DNA of 64,000 nt, taken from assembly GCA_036630325.1 (NCBI GenBank), contig CP142736.1:682001-746000 (forward strand). Reading direction: 5' to 3'. Position 1 is the stretch's first letter. Each line of letters starts with the position of its first letter. This DNA comes from Vairimorpha necatrix (taxonomy: Eukaryota). Positions 49,302-61,958 of this stretch are shown here, piece after piece. A program made the translations under genes and the position numbers. The notes under the pieces were generated by a model. The model did no database searches and was not told the origin of the DNA. It saw only the letters and a program-made list of their open reading frames with translations.

Positions 49302-51214
49302 ATACTGATAACTTTTTTTGTTTTTTTTGCATGACTTTGGATTAAGAAAAGTCATCAAACCCAGAATCTCGCCTGATACTTATAATTGCCATTTTTCCAT
49401 GAAGATACTCGTAAAAGAAAGTATCTATTTAGATATAACTATTCCTATATGTCAAAAGGGTAGAATGACCTTTATACTGGCCTTCTCAACATGTTATAGG
49501 TACTAAATTAAAGTGGATGTGGCATTTCCGCTTTTGAATATCATGCGTAAAAAATAAACATTAGCCTTTTACAAACGATATAAGATCTTGTGAGCTATAG
49601 TTATTCCAATCATGATGCATAAAACACTTTTTTTAAATAAATATTTTATTGTGACATAAAGTGTTCACGAACATAAAGAAATACATTTGTATCTAGCATT
49701 TATACAACTATTATCGACGAGTAATAATATCATTATCTATGTAAGGTTCAAAATTTAATTCTTACACTACTTAACCTCAACAGAACGTAAGTTTAGTGTC
49801 ATTTTTAGCACTATAATAATTATTGAATGTATATCTTCACGCTGATATCAAAAATCTGCTATATAGTAGAAGATCTAAAAACTATACCTTACCAACTTTT
49901 GTTTATTAAAATGTCACTTGTTTGGTTATTTCATACAAAGTAACTCTAAAAGTATACTACTTGAACTCATACAGCGTTTAAGTAAATTAGTTTTGAATTG
50001 AAACCTGCTAAACAAGAGCAACGGTCGAGCAAAAAAGCACGCAGGCTATCAAGTTCTTAATATAAAAAGCATTATTAAAAAAAACCACATTCTCAAAGTA
50101 CATTATCTTTATAGTATTTCCAATTTGGCCATCTCACGTAGATCCTATCTAACTTCTAAGAGCATTTTTTTGAATAAACCAACAATGCTTGTACTATAAA
50201 GATAAAAGTAAAAAAGTATTAAACAATATAAAACATCCTTGCAGTCTGTAATTTCCCTGTAAATTTTATGTATCCATTTTGTGTATCATAACATGGTGTA
50301 TTTTTCGAAAGGCCAACAATCCTCGAGGTATATGATTTTCTATAATTTAAATATCTTAAATCTTCTAATACTTTTGCGGCTGATCTTCTTAAGGAAAACA
50401 TGTCGAAAAAATATTAACGATACAATAGTAAAAGTTGTACTTCATTAAAAAAAACTATAGAATATTTAAAGGTGGAAAAAGGCATAATTTACGATTATAA
50501 AACGGATTGTATAAAATAATATAGTAAATTTAATCCATGTATGTTGATATAGACACTATGTTGTACAAAAATTAGTATTTGTTTTTGGTTTTATACCATA
50601 AAATTTAGGCATTGTTTTAGTAAAAATACAAAAAAATAAAATCAAACCGCTATTTAGCAGATGCGTAAATTAAAAAGAAACATTAAAACCTATCGTTTAG
50701 CACTTAGTTTTCATTGTCATAAAACAAATATTTTGGCCTCTTGTATATTCTTTAGCCCACATTCTCGAAATCTTTAATAAAAGAGTCGGATCGAGTTTTT
50801 TATCAACAGTATGTTTGTTTTCCTTTGAGACGACAGTGTTTTTTCTCTTTCTGTTTCTTTCGTGGCAACTATATTTTTTGGATTATCTTCATTCGTCAAA
50901 TTTTGATCGGGTCCCTGATTTGTATTGGTATTTTCAGTATTGATATCTGAAGGTCCTATATAATGCCATTCGTCTAAGTGTTTAGAAACATTTCCCTCTA
51001 ATAATATATTTCTTCATCCTTCTTATTAAAAAATTCTAATCTCGCACAAATATTTTAGGATTTAGATTGAAATATTTGCGTATGTTCCCAAGTAAGATGT
51101 TCTTGCTGAAAATGACGAGAAAGTTTATTAAGAAAAAATTTCTGGTGGTATCTTAAATCAAAGAAACATTTATGATACTCTATACAATTAATAAATTCAT
51201 TGTAAAATTCTTTA

Positions 51215-51490
51215 TTATTGATCGCACATGCTAATTTTCTTATTTTTCCGATCTAGCACATCAAGATCATCCAAAGAAACGCTATTGTCGGGAAAATCTT
51301 TCATAACTTCATATAAAGAACAACCATCTGTATAAATTTTCGATAATAATTCTAAATCTTTAGAGAGAACCATTTGATGTTTAAAATAAACTTCTTCTGC
51401 TAAAAATCGAATACAAAGTTCACAAATTTCAATATTATACTTCAAAAATAATAATATTTTGCAATATCCAAAATAAAAGAATAATAACAT
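51215..51490 (-). pseudogene. Possible secreted-protein gene or pseudogene 5' fragment
   Basis: Hydrophobic N-terminus MLLFFYFGYC and a 91-aa ORF. Coding-like sequence seems to continue toward about 50700 with interruptions. No clear CCC motif. Confidence 0.3.
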
Positions 51491-53518
51491 CTGTCAGAAC
51501 ATGTGTTATCATCAATTACAAAATATAAAGCGAAATTAATATAAGCCAGCAATACACGAATACATGATTTATCAATACAATTAAAATTGTTAAGATAGAT
51601 TTTACAGTATTATATGAGGAAATACGATGTTTTTGGATTCATAAAAATAATTTAATGACATATTATAATGCAAATATCAAAATTAAACCCACATTTAGAA
51701 AAAAAGAAATTTAATTAGATTTATTTATACTAAATAATCCATTGAAAAATACAAAAGTATGATTACCCCTGCTGACCTTGTAATGAATAATTTTCAATCT
51801 AAAAATTAAGAATTGAATAAAATTTAAATTATATTAACATCATTACTATAGGGGGTTTCTTAGAGACCTTTTCAACAGTGCCGTAATTTTAAAAAGTGAT
51901 CAATAGAGTTGTATTCGTATATTTTCGTCATTTTGGTCAAAAAATTTTTTTCTTTTACAAAAAACATCTGGTTTTTAATTGTACTTGATAAAAAACACAA
52001 AGTATTACAACCAGGATACCATGCATAAGAAATCAATTCAAAGAGATCTTTGAATATAGTACAGTTCGTATAAAAATCAAAAAGTACAAAAGAAATTTCC
52101 TTGCATTAACTGCAAGGAAATGCGGTACCAATTTAAGTTGAGATCTTGTTTCAACCTTTCAAAATTAAGAGAAATTTAGACAAACATAAATAACAAAAAC
52201 ACTCTCTGACTTAGTTTAATTATATGAATAACTTAGCGAGCGTGAGTTCATATATTCTATCTTACAAATTACTTTATTTCATAATTTAATTTGCTAATAC
52301 ATAAAATTTCATTTTCTATCATAATTTTTATTTACGAATGTCCAGAATATGTATATTTATACAACTAAAATTAAATAAGAAACTAGAAAGTTTGCCCTAT
52401 AATTTTCTTCAAAAAGTCTATTTATATCGTATAACATAATATTTCTAGCATTTTTTGTCGGCTCCAAAAGTAATATTTTATGAAACTCGTCGTATCCTGA
52501 CTAAAATTAAGTAGTATATTTACGTTTAATATATGCGTAACCTACCGTACATACTCTTCTTATAACGACAATTGTTTTTTAGCTCTTCCAAGTTTTTGTG
52601 TTTGTAAGTATTAACTTTCAAAAGCAAGACGTGGGGCTATTTACTTTTCGCGTATTATTTGTAAATTGTACACAGTAATAAATTTCGATATCTATTTTGC
52701 TTTTTTCGTTCTAGAACATCTAATCGTATAAGTTAAGAATAACTTATTATAATGCATGAAACAAGCTAATGGGGATGTACATACTTTATTAAAATTTTAA
52801 TGTATCAACATGTGCAAATTGCAAGTATAACATCAAAGCATCATTTTGGTCTCAAAAATGGTTTCGTTTGTTATGATGCTTCCATTTAAATCTTATAATG
52901 AATACAAAATAAAAATATTGAAATAGTTTTCTTTGGTCTTATTGTTTATTGATCTTAGGGATGCCGCTAAAATTTATTGATGAAATTCGAAATATTTCTC
53001 AAATGCTTATCGCCTTGCACAACATTTGATTTTTTTATAATTATAAAATGGACTATATGGGTTTAATTTTTATATGAATATTTAGATTTAGGATTAATTA
53101 TTCAATAGCGCTTTTCAATTTGGATTTTATATTTTTTTAAATCGCTGTTGTTCTTAGAATTTAAAATCTAAACTGTGATGCATAAATATGTAGCAATAAA
53201 AACGTTTATAAAAAAAACCTTTCTTTATAATTTATCTATATTTAAAAATCAATTAAAAAGAGATTTTTATTATAAGCTTTATTATACAATTTCATTTTTA
53301 CGGAAACAAAAGAAAAACGACATTTTTGACAATTTAATATAGGTTTATACATCAAAAATTTAAAAAATATAAATAAGAGTAAAGTATCAATTAAGACAGC
53401 AAATGGTGTAACCCGCAACAAAGTTTATTTTAATAGACAATGATGTATTAACATCGTAGTTGTGACAGCTAATTTTGAATAAAAATGTCATTTACAAGAT
53501 CATATAAAATTTTTTTTA

Positions 53519-54301
53519 GCCCTGTGGCACAAGGCGATGCTTCCATTGAGCAATGGCTGGGTTCGATTCCCAGGGCACCAAAATTTTTTCTGTTTTCTAT
53601 GATGCAGTTGGAACAACTCAGATGATGAAAATATCCACGATAATCATTAAGTTGATTCAATGAAACTTGTGTGTGTCCAGCCACGGGGGGATTATCGTCT
53701 AGTGTAGAAACGCACTAAAAAGCCAAAAAACAGTATCACCCTTGTGGTGACTTAATGATACATAAAAGTATCTAGTGGGTACGGCCTAGTTGAAGCCTAT
53801 GGCTTGTGCACTCTAGAGTGGGATCCTAGAGCTAACTAAGAGAGAAGAAGAAGTGGGGCAATAGAAGGTCTCGTGAACCCTATCCTACAAGATTCTGTAA
53901 CGCGGTGGCAGAAAATAGTGGGAGACTGGTGGTCAACTCAGCCCAATAAAAATGCCGGGCTGATGATATGGTCGTGTAAGGAGCCGTGTGTGTAATACAG
54001 ATGATTGTAGGGACCTTTAAGTCAGTACGATGATGTCTCTCCTCGGGTTATAGATAACCATGCCCGTTAAGCATATCCGCTGTGAGGTCACTCTGGACGC
54101 GATTTGAGGTATAAATGGAAAGTATTCTTTTGGAGCCAAAGTCCAATGGATACGGCGGAGCTTGCTGCACCGGCAAGTTGCATGGAGGGAGTTTTAGTGA
54201 GTAAGAATCTCACAGTACCAGTTGGATGAGGATCACACCCAAATCCCTCTGGTCCTTAAGTAAGGTTTCTCTCTACCTCTTACATGCAAGGAAAAAAAAA
54301 A
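53519..54301 (+). mobile_element. tRNA-headed SINE-like element, copy 2 (best preserved)
   Basis: Box A TGGCACAAGG (53525-53534) and box B GGTTCGATTCC (53560-53570). GC-richer hairpin-rich body, A tail, and imperfect flanking repeat ATATAAA(A)TTTTT. Confidence 0.75.
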
Positions 54302-55044
54302 TATAAATTTTTCGCGAAATTATACTTACATCTTTATATTACAATATAACTTCTGTTTACATATGGCTATTTACATAATTCATAACGTTGCTTTAAAAAA
54401 TTTAAATATATTATTCTAGATTTACGGCTGATATATAGACCATGTTGAAATTTCTCAATTTAGGGGTTTTAATAGGAAAAAAATCCAAACAAATTTGGAC
54501 TTATCGATGAAGGGTGTTTGTATATATTAATAGTATGCAATACACTTTTAAAAAAGTTTTATAAAAGTCTTACTGTTCTTGTTAAGTACGATTAAATTGT
54601 TTCAAAGAGGTATATTCTCATTAATAATGGGTACTATTATAAATTTATTAAGAAAAGATATTTTAGTAATTTGTTATACGACGAAAAAGGCTAGCATAAA
54701 AAATTGGTGCAAAAAATGTTATTTTTTATAAAATTATATCTAATGTTCCTATACTTTTGCTATTTTTGTGAAATATAAAAAATTGTATTATTTAGGATAA
54801 AAATTTCAAATTTTTTTTTAATATTGGTTTTATATCTAATAAATTAAAAAAATTTATACATAAGAAATCTATTTCATTGACCCAAAATTTTCATAAATGA
54901 ATTACTATTATCTTTCGATAAATATATTGTAAAAATGTTAACAAAACAAGAAAGAAAAAATATAGAACGACGTATAGAAGATAAATATAACTTGAGAAAA
55001 AAAGCACATTTTAATTTTTATTACATCTTATCCCAATCTTGGTG

Positions 55045-55728
55045 TTAATGGAATATATGTAGCACTCTTATTGTGTATTTGAGACATAGAAAATACGGTG
55101 TTAATATTTTGTCGTTGATTTTGTATCTTGTTAGTATATTTAGTATTCTAATAATATAATAATAATCTTCGATATCAAACACTTTCGAAACTTTAAAACT
55201 CTCATTTGGATCCATCTGAATATCTATAAAAAATGAAACAATCGCCTCAAGTTTCTCCATATCGATTTTTCTGTTTTTAAAATTATAACATAGGATCGTT
55301 TTGTATAATTTTTTAGATTGTCTAGCAAGAGAAATAACTAAATCATTACAAGCTTTATATTTACCTTTTTTCTTTATAAAAAAAACAATATCGTTTAATA
55401 TATTAGAAAATATCTTGAAGCTCAAGTCTTTTCTTGTAATTTCATAAGTTTGCAATGTAGTGCCGGATTTGGGCCAATTAAAGCCACTTTTTATTGGAAA
55501 TTTCAGATTGTCTAAAAGTAAATTCCAAAAAATTTCTGTTATTCCATTCGCTTCATTTATATCAAATCTGTGATAGATATAAAGAGGATTTTCCAAATAA
55601 AGTAATTCATTGCATTTTTCAAAGTCCGAATAAATTTCTCTACCTTCTTTGGTTAAAAACTTCGTATTTAATCCAGAACCAACGACTTTTTGTACATTTA
55701 AAATGGTTAATACGAAAACTAGAAACAT
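55045..55728 (-). CDS. Putative secreted hypothetical protein, 227 aa
   Basis: Signal-peptide-like MFLVFVLTILNVQKVVG, CCC motif upstream and an open frame. Confidence 0.75.
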   Translation of the reverse strand: MFLVFVLTILNVQKVVGSGLNTKFLTKEGREIYSDFEKCNELLYLENPLYIYHRFDINEANGITEIFWNLLLDNLKFPIKSGFNWPKSGTTLQTYEITRKDLSFKIFSNILNDIVFFIKKKGKYKACNDLVISLARQSKKLYKTILCYNFKNRKIDMEKLEAIVSFFIDIQMDPNESFKVSKVFDIEDYYYIIRILNILTRYKINDKILTPYFLCLKYTIRVLHIFH

Positions 55729-56766
55729 ATTATGGGTTGATAATTGAAATATGATTTATATAAATTTTAATTAGCTAGATGATCGGGAACTAATTTATCA
55801 TAAAACGAAAATGCTTGGTGTTTTTGTACTAGTTCAAATGTAAATACATGATGAATGTCATTTTTTATTTATTTAAGTAAATTTAAACAAATGCGGGTTT
55901 ACAGCATCTGTTTGTTACACCAATGCTAATATGAGCCAAATATATATATAAAATAAAAATAGGTCATAATAAAAAAAGGGAAATCAATCATTTCCCCGTT
56001 TGGGCACTAGCCGACAGGTATTATGATAGTCATAGTTACTTCTCATAAAAGAAATTTATAAAAAAATAATACAACAACTTGTTCATTTATAAGATGATTT
56101 GTTTTTTTTTCATTCAATAAAATTTAATGTAAACACTCTTTTTATGAATTAAACTATAACTATGGCCGGCATGTTTTACCTTTCAGTATTTCATGACACC
56201 TTTAAGTGTTTTCATAAAACTATAATTATACTGTGACAAACGTATAACTATATTGTATTCATATATATTTTAGGCAAAATCGCCTTAAAATTTAACAGTA
56301 GATAATGTTTTTTTGAAAAACATATATACATTAGATTTTACGGCCAACTGGAAACACCAAATTATTTTATTTTTTATCTTATAACGTATTATGGCGTAAA
56401 ATGGTTTATATTTTTATATGCATCGCGTTGCAGAAATTTTAGAGCAATCGAGGATTATTTTTAGCTTAAATTTAATATTTAAAGATTTTTTAGTATTTAA
56501 AAAAAATTTAACGCGAGTGGGAAAAATGAAAAATTCATTTTTTTTGATTAAAGAATGATCTAAAATCTACACGAGACAAAAAATGGTGAGTGAAGGGATT
56601 AGATTGCATAAAAATGTCGAGTATGTGAATATTGTAGACGTGGAGTAGTTCCAAATATTATTTCATCGTAAATATAAATCAAAATGCAAAAATGAACATA
56701 TTTTAAATGTGTTAATTTAATTAGGGTATGCTTAGTGTAGTTTATACTTCTAATTTAACAAGGATA

Positions 56767-56950
56767 TGTTACGCGTTAGCGTCTCCTGCTGAAGGTAGTT
56801 TCCGGCACCATAGTCCTTCCACATTGGCTTCGTCTCCTCATCTTCGGTAGTCCAGAGAAATGCTTTCTAGTGTCTTCTTTAGCGTGATCATCTGGGTGTA
56901 CGCTTCTACATTCTTGAGAATTTCAAGTCTTGTGAATAAGATTTGTGACA
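56767..56950. repeat. Candidate solo LTR (184 bp)
   Basis: GC-richer block bounded by TGTTAC...GTGACA. No matching TSD and no second copy in the window. Confidence 0.35.
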
Positions 56951-57115
56951 TATTTTTATATATAATTTATAAAATTACATTAACTAAAATATAAATATTA
57001 ATTTTTTACGCAAAAATAGTTAAAGGAGAACCCCACCCAGGGTTCAAAAAATTATAGGCCGACTCCTCTTCTAACATAGCTTGTAAATTTTTTTTACTCA
57101 AACTTAAAACTCGAC

Positions 57116-57880
57116 TTTTTTCATTGCAAGTAAAAGGTAAAAAGAATTTTTTCATAGATACCGATAGAATTCAAGTGTGGTTTTTTTTTATTTAGTTATT
57201 TGAGATTCTCACTCACTAAAACTCCAAATATTTTGCATGTGTTGCAAGCTCCGCCGTATCCATTGGACTTTAGCACAAGGTATTTCTTTTCATTCATACA
57301 TCAATTCGATTCTACGGACCTCACAGATGGTATCTCTAATGGACAAATTTTATAACTCCTGGAGAGACTTCATCATACTATCTCAAAGGTTCCTAAAATC
57401 ATCTACATTTAACGCACGGCCAATTAAAGTGTCACATTGCTTGCCCGTATTTTATTGGATTGCGTTGACCGCTAATGCTCACTAATTTCGGACACCATGT
57501 TACATAACCTCTCAGGATGGAGTCCACGATACCTTTTATTCTCTGCCATAATGTGTCTCCCGGTTGGCTCTGAATCACATCTAGGGTGCGCCAGCCATGT
57601 GGCTATATTTAACTGTACTTAGTAGATGTTATATGCTTAAATATGTTATCACGAGGATGATGCTGTTTTTTCGGCCTTTTATTGTATATTTACCTAGACG
57701 TTTTCTCACTATAATTTGAAGCACAGAAGTTTCAATGAATCATCTTGACAATTATTGTAGACATTTTCATCATCTAAGTTGTTTTAACTGCATCTTAAAA
57801 AGTAGAAACATTTTGGTCTATTGAGATTCGAACCTAGCAATGCTCAACGAAAGCTCTGCCTTCGACTATTAAGCCAAAGG
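57116..57880 (-). mobile_element. tRNA-headed SINE-like element, copy 3
   Basis: The minus strand shows box B GGTTCGAATC, blocks GATGCAGTT, AGATGATGAAAAT, CCAAAGTCCAATGGATACGGCGGAGCTTGC, GTGAGAATCTCA and an A-rich end, collinear with copy 2. Confidence 0.75.
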
Positions 57881-58956
57881 TATATCACATGAACAATGAG
57901 CTTCGCATACTTATCTGACTTTGGATCCTAAGAATTGTAAACTCTATGTATTCCCTATTGCGTCCATAAAGTTTCACAGCTGTTATAATCATTCGACATG
58001 GTTTATATATTTCCAGATGAGACATCTACGTATTATCACAAAAATTCTACTATTTCTAAATCTAAGACATGCCTTTACGCTTATTACTACAAACACGATA
58101 TTTTATAAGTTGCGTTATATTTTGTCTATTACATGTTCCGCCACGTTTAAAATTTTGCGCGAAACATTCATGCTTTGATTCGCCTAATCGTACGCCCTAG
58201 CTTTTATACCTCTCAATTTTACAATTTTAAATTTTTTATTCATTTAATCTTATCATAAAATAAGTAGTATCGATACCACCTCTTAGTTGATATAAGGTGG
58301 CTTCAATACTAAACTACAAACTACCAGTGGCTAATAGAGATTACTTCGAGACACTTAATAGCGATTATCTTAAATAACTTTACCAATATATATGATTTTA
58401 AAGGCTTAATTACATAAATTATTCAGCTAGTCACAATCTAATCTGTACTTATGTTTAACGAAATATCTGTGTCTAAAAAGAACGAAATACACGAGTATAC
58501 TTTAATAACACCAAGCGACTTTAAATCAGAACAAGACTAAAACATTCAATTTTATAAAGCATAACAATTTTGAAAAATTACAACATGTTTTTATTTTATT
58601 GCACCTACATAAAGCTATTAATGTCCTTTCTACAAAATAATAACCTAATCCACGATCATTTAACACAAAAAAAAGTAACAGCCAACACTTATATTCAGTT
58701 TTCAACAAATTTTAATAATATTTTTATATAATATTTTTTTTTGCAATATATAACTATTTTAAATTGAACATATTTAACTTTTTAATTCATCAAAAATTCC
58801 AAACAACCTCTTAAAAGATTTTAAAAAATTATAAGAGAACTAGAGAGCATAAAAAATATATAAGGACGAGATAAAAATCTCATTGAAGCAGCTAATTTTT
58901 CTCTTATTAATAACGATGATATATCTTAAAAAATTGTCTTCATAAAAAATTTTAAG

Positions 58957-59406
58957 TTATAGAATAGTCTCTGCTGTTTCTTCCGTAAGTTGATAACTAA
59001 GACCATTAGATTCATCATATAAAAAACGAACATTTATAAAACGCGTGGTATTTTCTGTTATTACCGAAACAATTCCCTCATTTTCTAGATTTTCGCCAAT
59101 TTGAATATTATTCTCAGAATTGTCTTGATTTTCAATCAACTGAATGTCCAAGTCAAGATTTTCCTCTGTTCGAATATTTAAATCATCATTTTCATTTGTC
59201 CTCGTAGTAAGGACTTCATTTTCTTCTGTATGAGAAGTCAACTGATCGTTTTCATTTGTTTGAATACTTCTAATAAAAGGTATTAAAATGTCTATAATTG
59301 CTTGAATAGGAATATCAATTGTGTGTTGTTTCACTCTTTCCTCTTCATGTTTAATGATATTTCCTATATTTCCTTTTATTATTCTCAAAATTAGCAAAAA
59401 GAGCAT
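58957..59406 (-). CDS. Secreted acidic decapeptide-repeat protein, paralog 1
   Basis: CCC-ATG at 59406 (MLFLLILRIIKG), 10-aa xTxEN repeats and C-terminal NGLSYQL. Confidence 0.78.
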   Translation of the reverse strand: MLFLLILRIIKGNIGNIIKHEEERVKQHTIDIPIQAIIDILIPFIRSIQTNENDQLTSHTEENEVLTTRTNENDDLNIRTEENLDLDIQLIENQDNSENNIQIGENLENEGIVSVITENTTRFINVRFLYDESNGLSYQLTEETAETIL

Positions 59407-61283
59407 GGGCTTGCTCATTTTTTATTTTTATACTTTAATTTATCATTTTAAGATTAACTTTATTTTTCAATATTGTATAGATCATTGTCAGATCTAAGTA
59501 ATTAAATAAAAAATCAGTTTTATAATTTAAAAAACCAGAAATGTTACTAATATTCCAAGGTTTTTGCAAGAAAAATTCATATGCAAAAATTTAAAGGCTC
59601 AATTTTTTCCACTTATAGCAGATGCTGTTCTTTGTGCAGACAATCCATTTTTGTTAAACAAAAGGGAAAAGAAAGGAAATATTTGTCGATTGCGAGAAAA
59701 CAAAATTGAGGATAAATAATAGAGCTAGAAAGGCCATAACCCTCATGTAGTCAGACGTCGTAAATTGCAAACCATAAAAGTTTTTTGTACAAAAAACTAC
59801 CTAAGTTTGATGCTAGGAATTAGTCCTATTCGATTTTAAAGTACAAAAAACATTTCTTTTTGTTATTCAGAAGTTGAATCTTTTTTCTAGAAAAAACGAA
59901 TTTTAAAAAAATAACAAGATAAATACAAAAACAAATACGCAGATCATCTCAATGTTCAGAACGAAGAAAAAAAAAATCTACTGCTAACAAAATAATAGAT
60001 TGTCAACAAAAAATGATGCCATATGTAGAATTCCAATAGTAATAACAAGAGAGAATTTATAAATGTAAAAAAATACAGTAGAAAAAATATTTTCGTGATT
60101 TAGTAAAAATAGGTCGGCTTCGCTGTTAACTATTAATACTATTAGAAGAACTTTTCTATAGTTCAAATCTTTTAAAAAAGTAACTACATATTTATGTAAT
60201 CTTTTAATTAAAGCTATATTTTTTAAACATTGCAAGATGAAACAACTATTTTACTATTATTAGCTAATAATGTTCAATATATTACAACATTATATCTGTT
60301 AGTTTAAGCCATGATTACAACAGGTTTTTGAACGAAATAAATCCCAAATACACTTGATGAATGTTCTGTATAAATAAAATATTCAAGTTGTAAAAATTTT
60401 AATTTTAGGATAGAAAAATGAAAACTAGAAACTACTGTATTATATAAAAATTTTATTTTTTACTTTTTTTTGTGAATTTTATTTACTTAACTAACTAATG
60501 GGCTTATTATGGTGAAAAAACTTTAAATAATAGTCTAATATTTGAATCTGATATTTATAAGTGCGTATACTATTATTCTATACATTTAAATTGTTATTTA
60601 AAAAATTAGTTCTAAAAAATGAATCGTTCGATTCATTTTTGAACTTATTTATACTTCCCACAAAAATTCCAGCACATATAGTCATCAAAAAATCCGTGAT
60701 TTTTGTCAAAATTAGAATTTAAAAAAATATGCAGTTTTCTTTTAAAAGTTCATAAAAGATTTTTATGCATATTTATTTCACTTATGCTAAAATTTGATTT
60801 CTACTGCTTTAAAATTACATTTCTTTCCTTTCTTTTTAGACCAAAAATTGTAAATCAAAATAAACTGCAATTTTTATTCAATTCGATCGTTTAAAACGGG
60901 GAAGCGTGCGCTATAAGAAAAACTAAATCAAAATGTAAAATTTGATAGTTTTTTTCGGTACATAAAGTCATTATACTTTTTTGGCTGGTTGTAAAATGAT
61001 ATAACCGAACTTGCAATTTAGTATATATTTTCATACTATTATTATTATTATTTTTTTAAGGGCTGTGAAGATCTTCAGTTACGAAAAATACTTCATTTTA
61101 ATATGTTATTTTAACTATAAAATTAAAATGAGGTTAGACATAAAATATCTCACTGTTTAATGAACAAAAGGATGTTGAAAAGACGTTTATGGTGTTTAGT
61201 AAAAGCTTCAATCTATCAAGCCATTTTAGTCTGCCATAAAACAAAATATATAGATAAAATGTAGCTAATATTAAATAGTTTAT

Positions 61284-61760
61284 TTAATTAGAAGTCTCGT
61301 TTGTTTCTTGTATTAGTTGATAACTAAGCCCATTAAGCCCGTCCTCTACAATACGAATAACAGCACGTGTATTGTCACCTGTTGTTATTTCAACATGTCC
61401 ATCAATTCCTGAATTTTCACCAAGCAAAAAATCCAATCCAGTATTTCTGCCGGTCTGACCACTAGCAAGAAAATTAACAAAACTTTCTTCAGTAAAATTT
61501 GCTGATCCACTAGATTCACCAGTCTGATTATTGGGATCAACAGTATCACCTGTATGATCATTCTGTAAAGTATTTTCGTTATTTTGAATAGTAAGTCCAT
61601 TATTTTCTGTAGTTTGAAGAGCCAGCTCCTCCTGTCTAAGCCTGATTATTGGTTCTGGAACTGGAATATTAACTGTACTGCGCGTGACTCGTCCTGCCTC
61701 ACATTTATCTGTTATCTCTAGTTCTCCTCTTATTATGTTTAATAAAAACAACATGTTCAT
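61284..61760 (-). CDS. Secreted acidic decapeptide-repeat protein, paralog 2
   Basis: CCCC-ATG at 61760 (MNMLFLLNIIRG). Shares NTxxxIxxxxDxxNGLSYQLxxET with paralog 1. Confidence 0.78.
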   Translation of the reverse strand: MNMLFLLNIIRGELEITDKCEAGRVTRSTVNIPVPEPIIRLRQEELALQTTENNGLTIQNNENTLQNDHTGDTVDPNNQTGESSGSANFTEESFVNFLASGQTGRNTGLDFLLGENSGIDGHVEITTGDNTRAVIRIVEDGLNGLSYQLIQETNETSN

Positions 61761-61958
61761 GGGGTGAAAAAGATTTTTTTCTATAGTTTTAAATTCAAAA
61801 ATAATTTTATTTTTCAAATTGTTGTGCCAAAACTGTTATTAGAAAACATAAGTTTTTTATTTACTCGATTTATACACCAAACGTCAAATACCGTTTATTA
61901 AATAATTGAATGACATTTGCCATCTCGGACTTTCAACATATTTTTTTTTTAAAATTTG

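Noticed and set aside
53519-53580. Functional tRNA gene
   Set aside because: 4-nt anticodon loop and about 3-bp acceptor stem. It is the head of a dispersed repeat.
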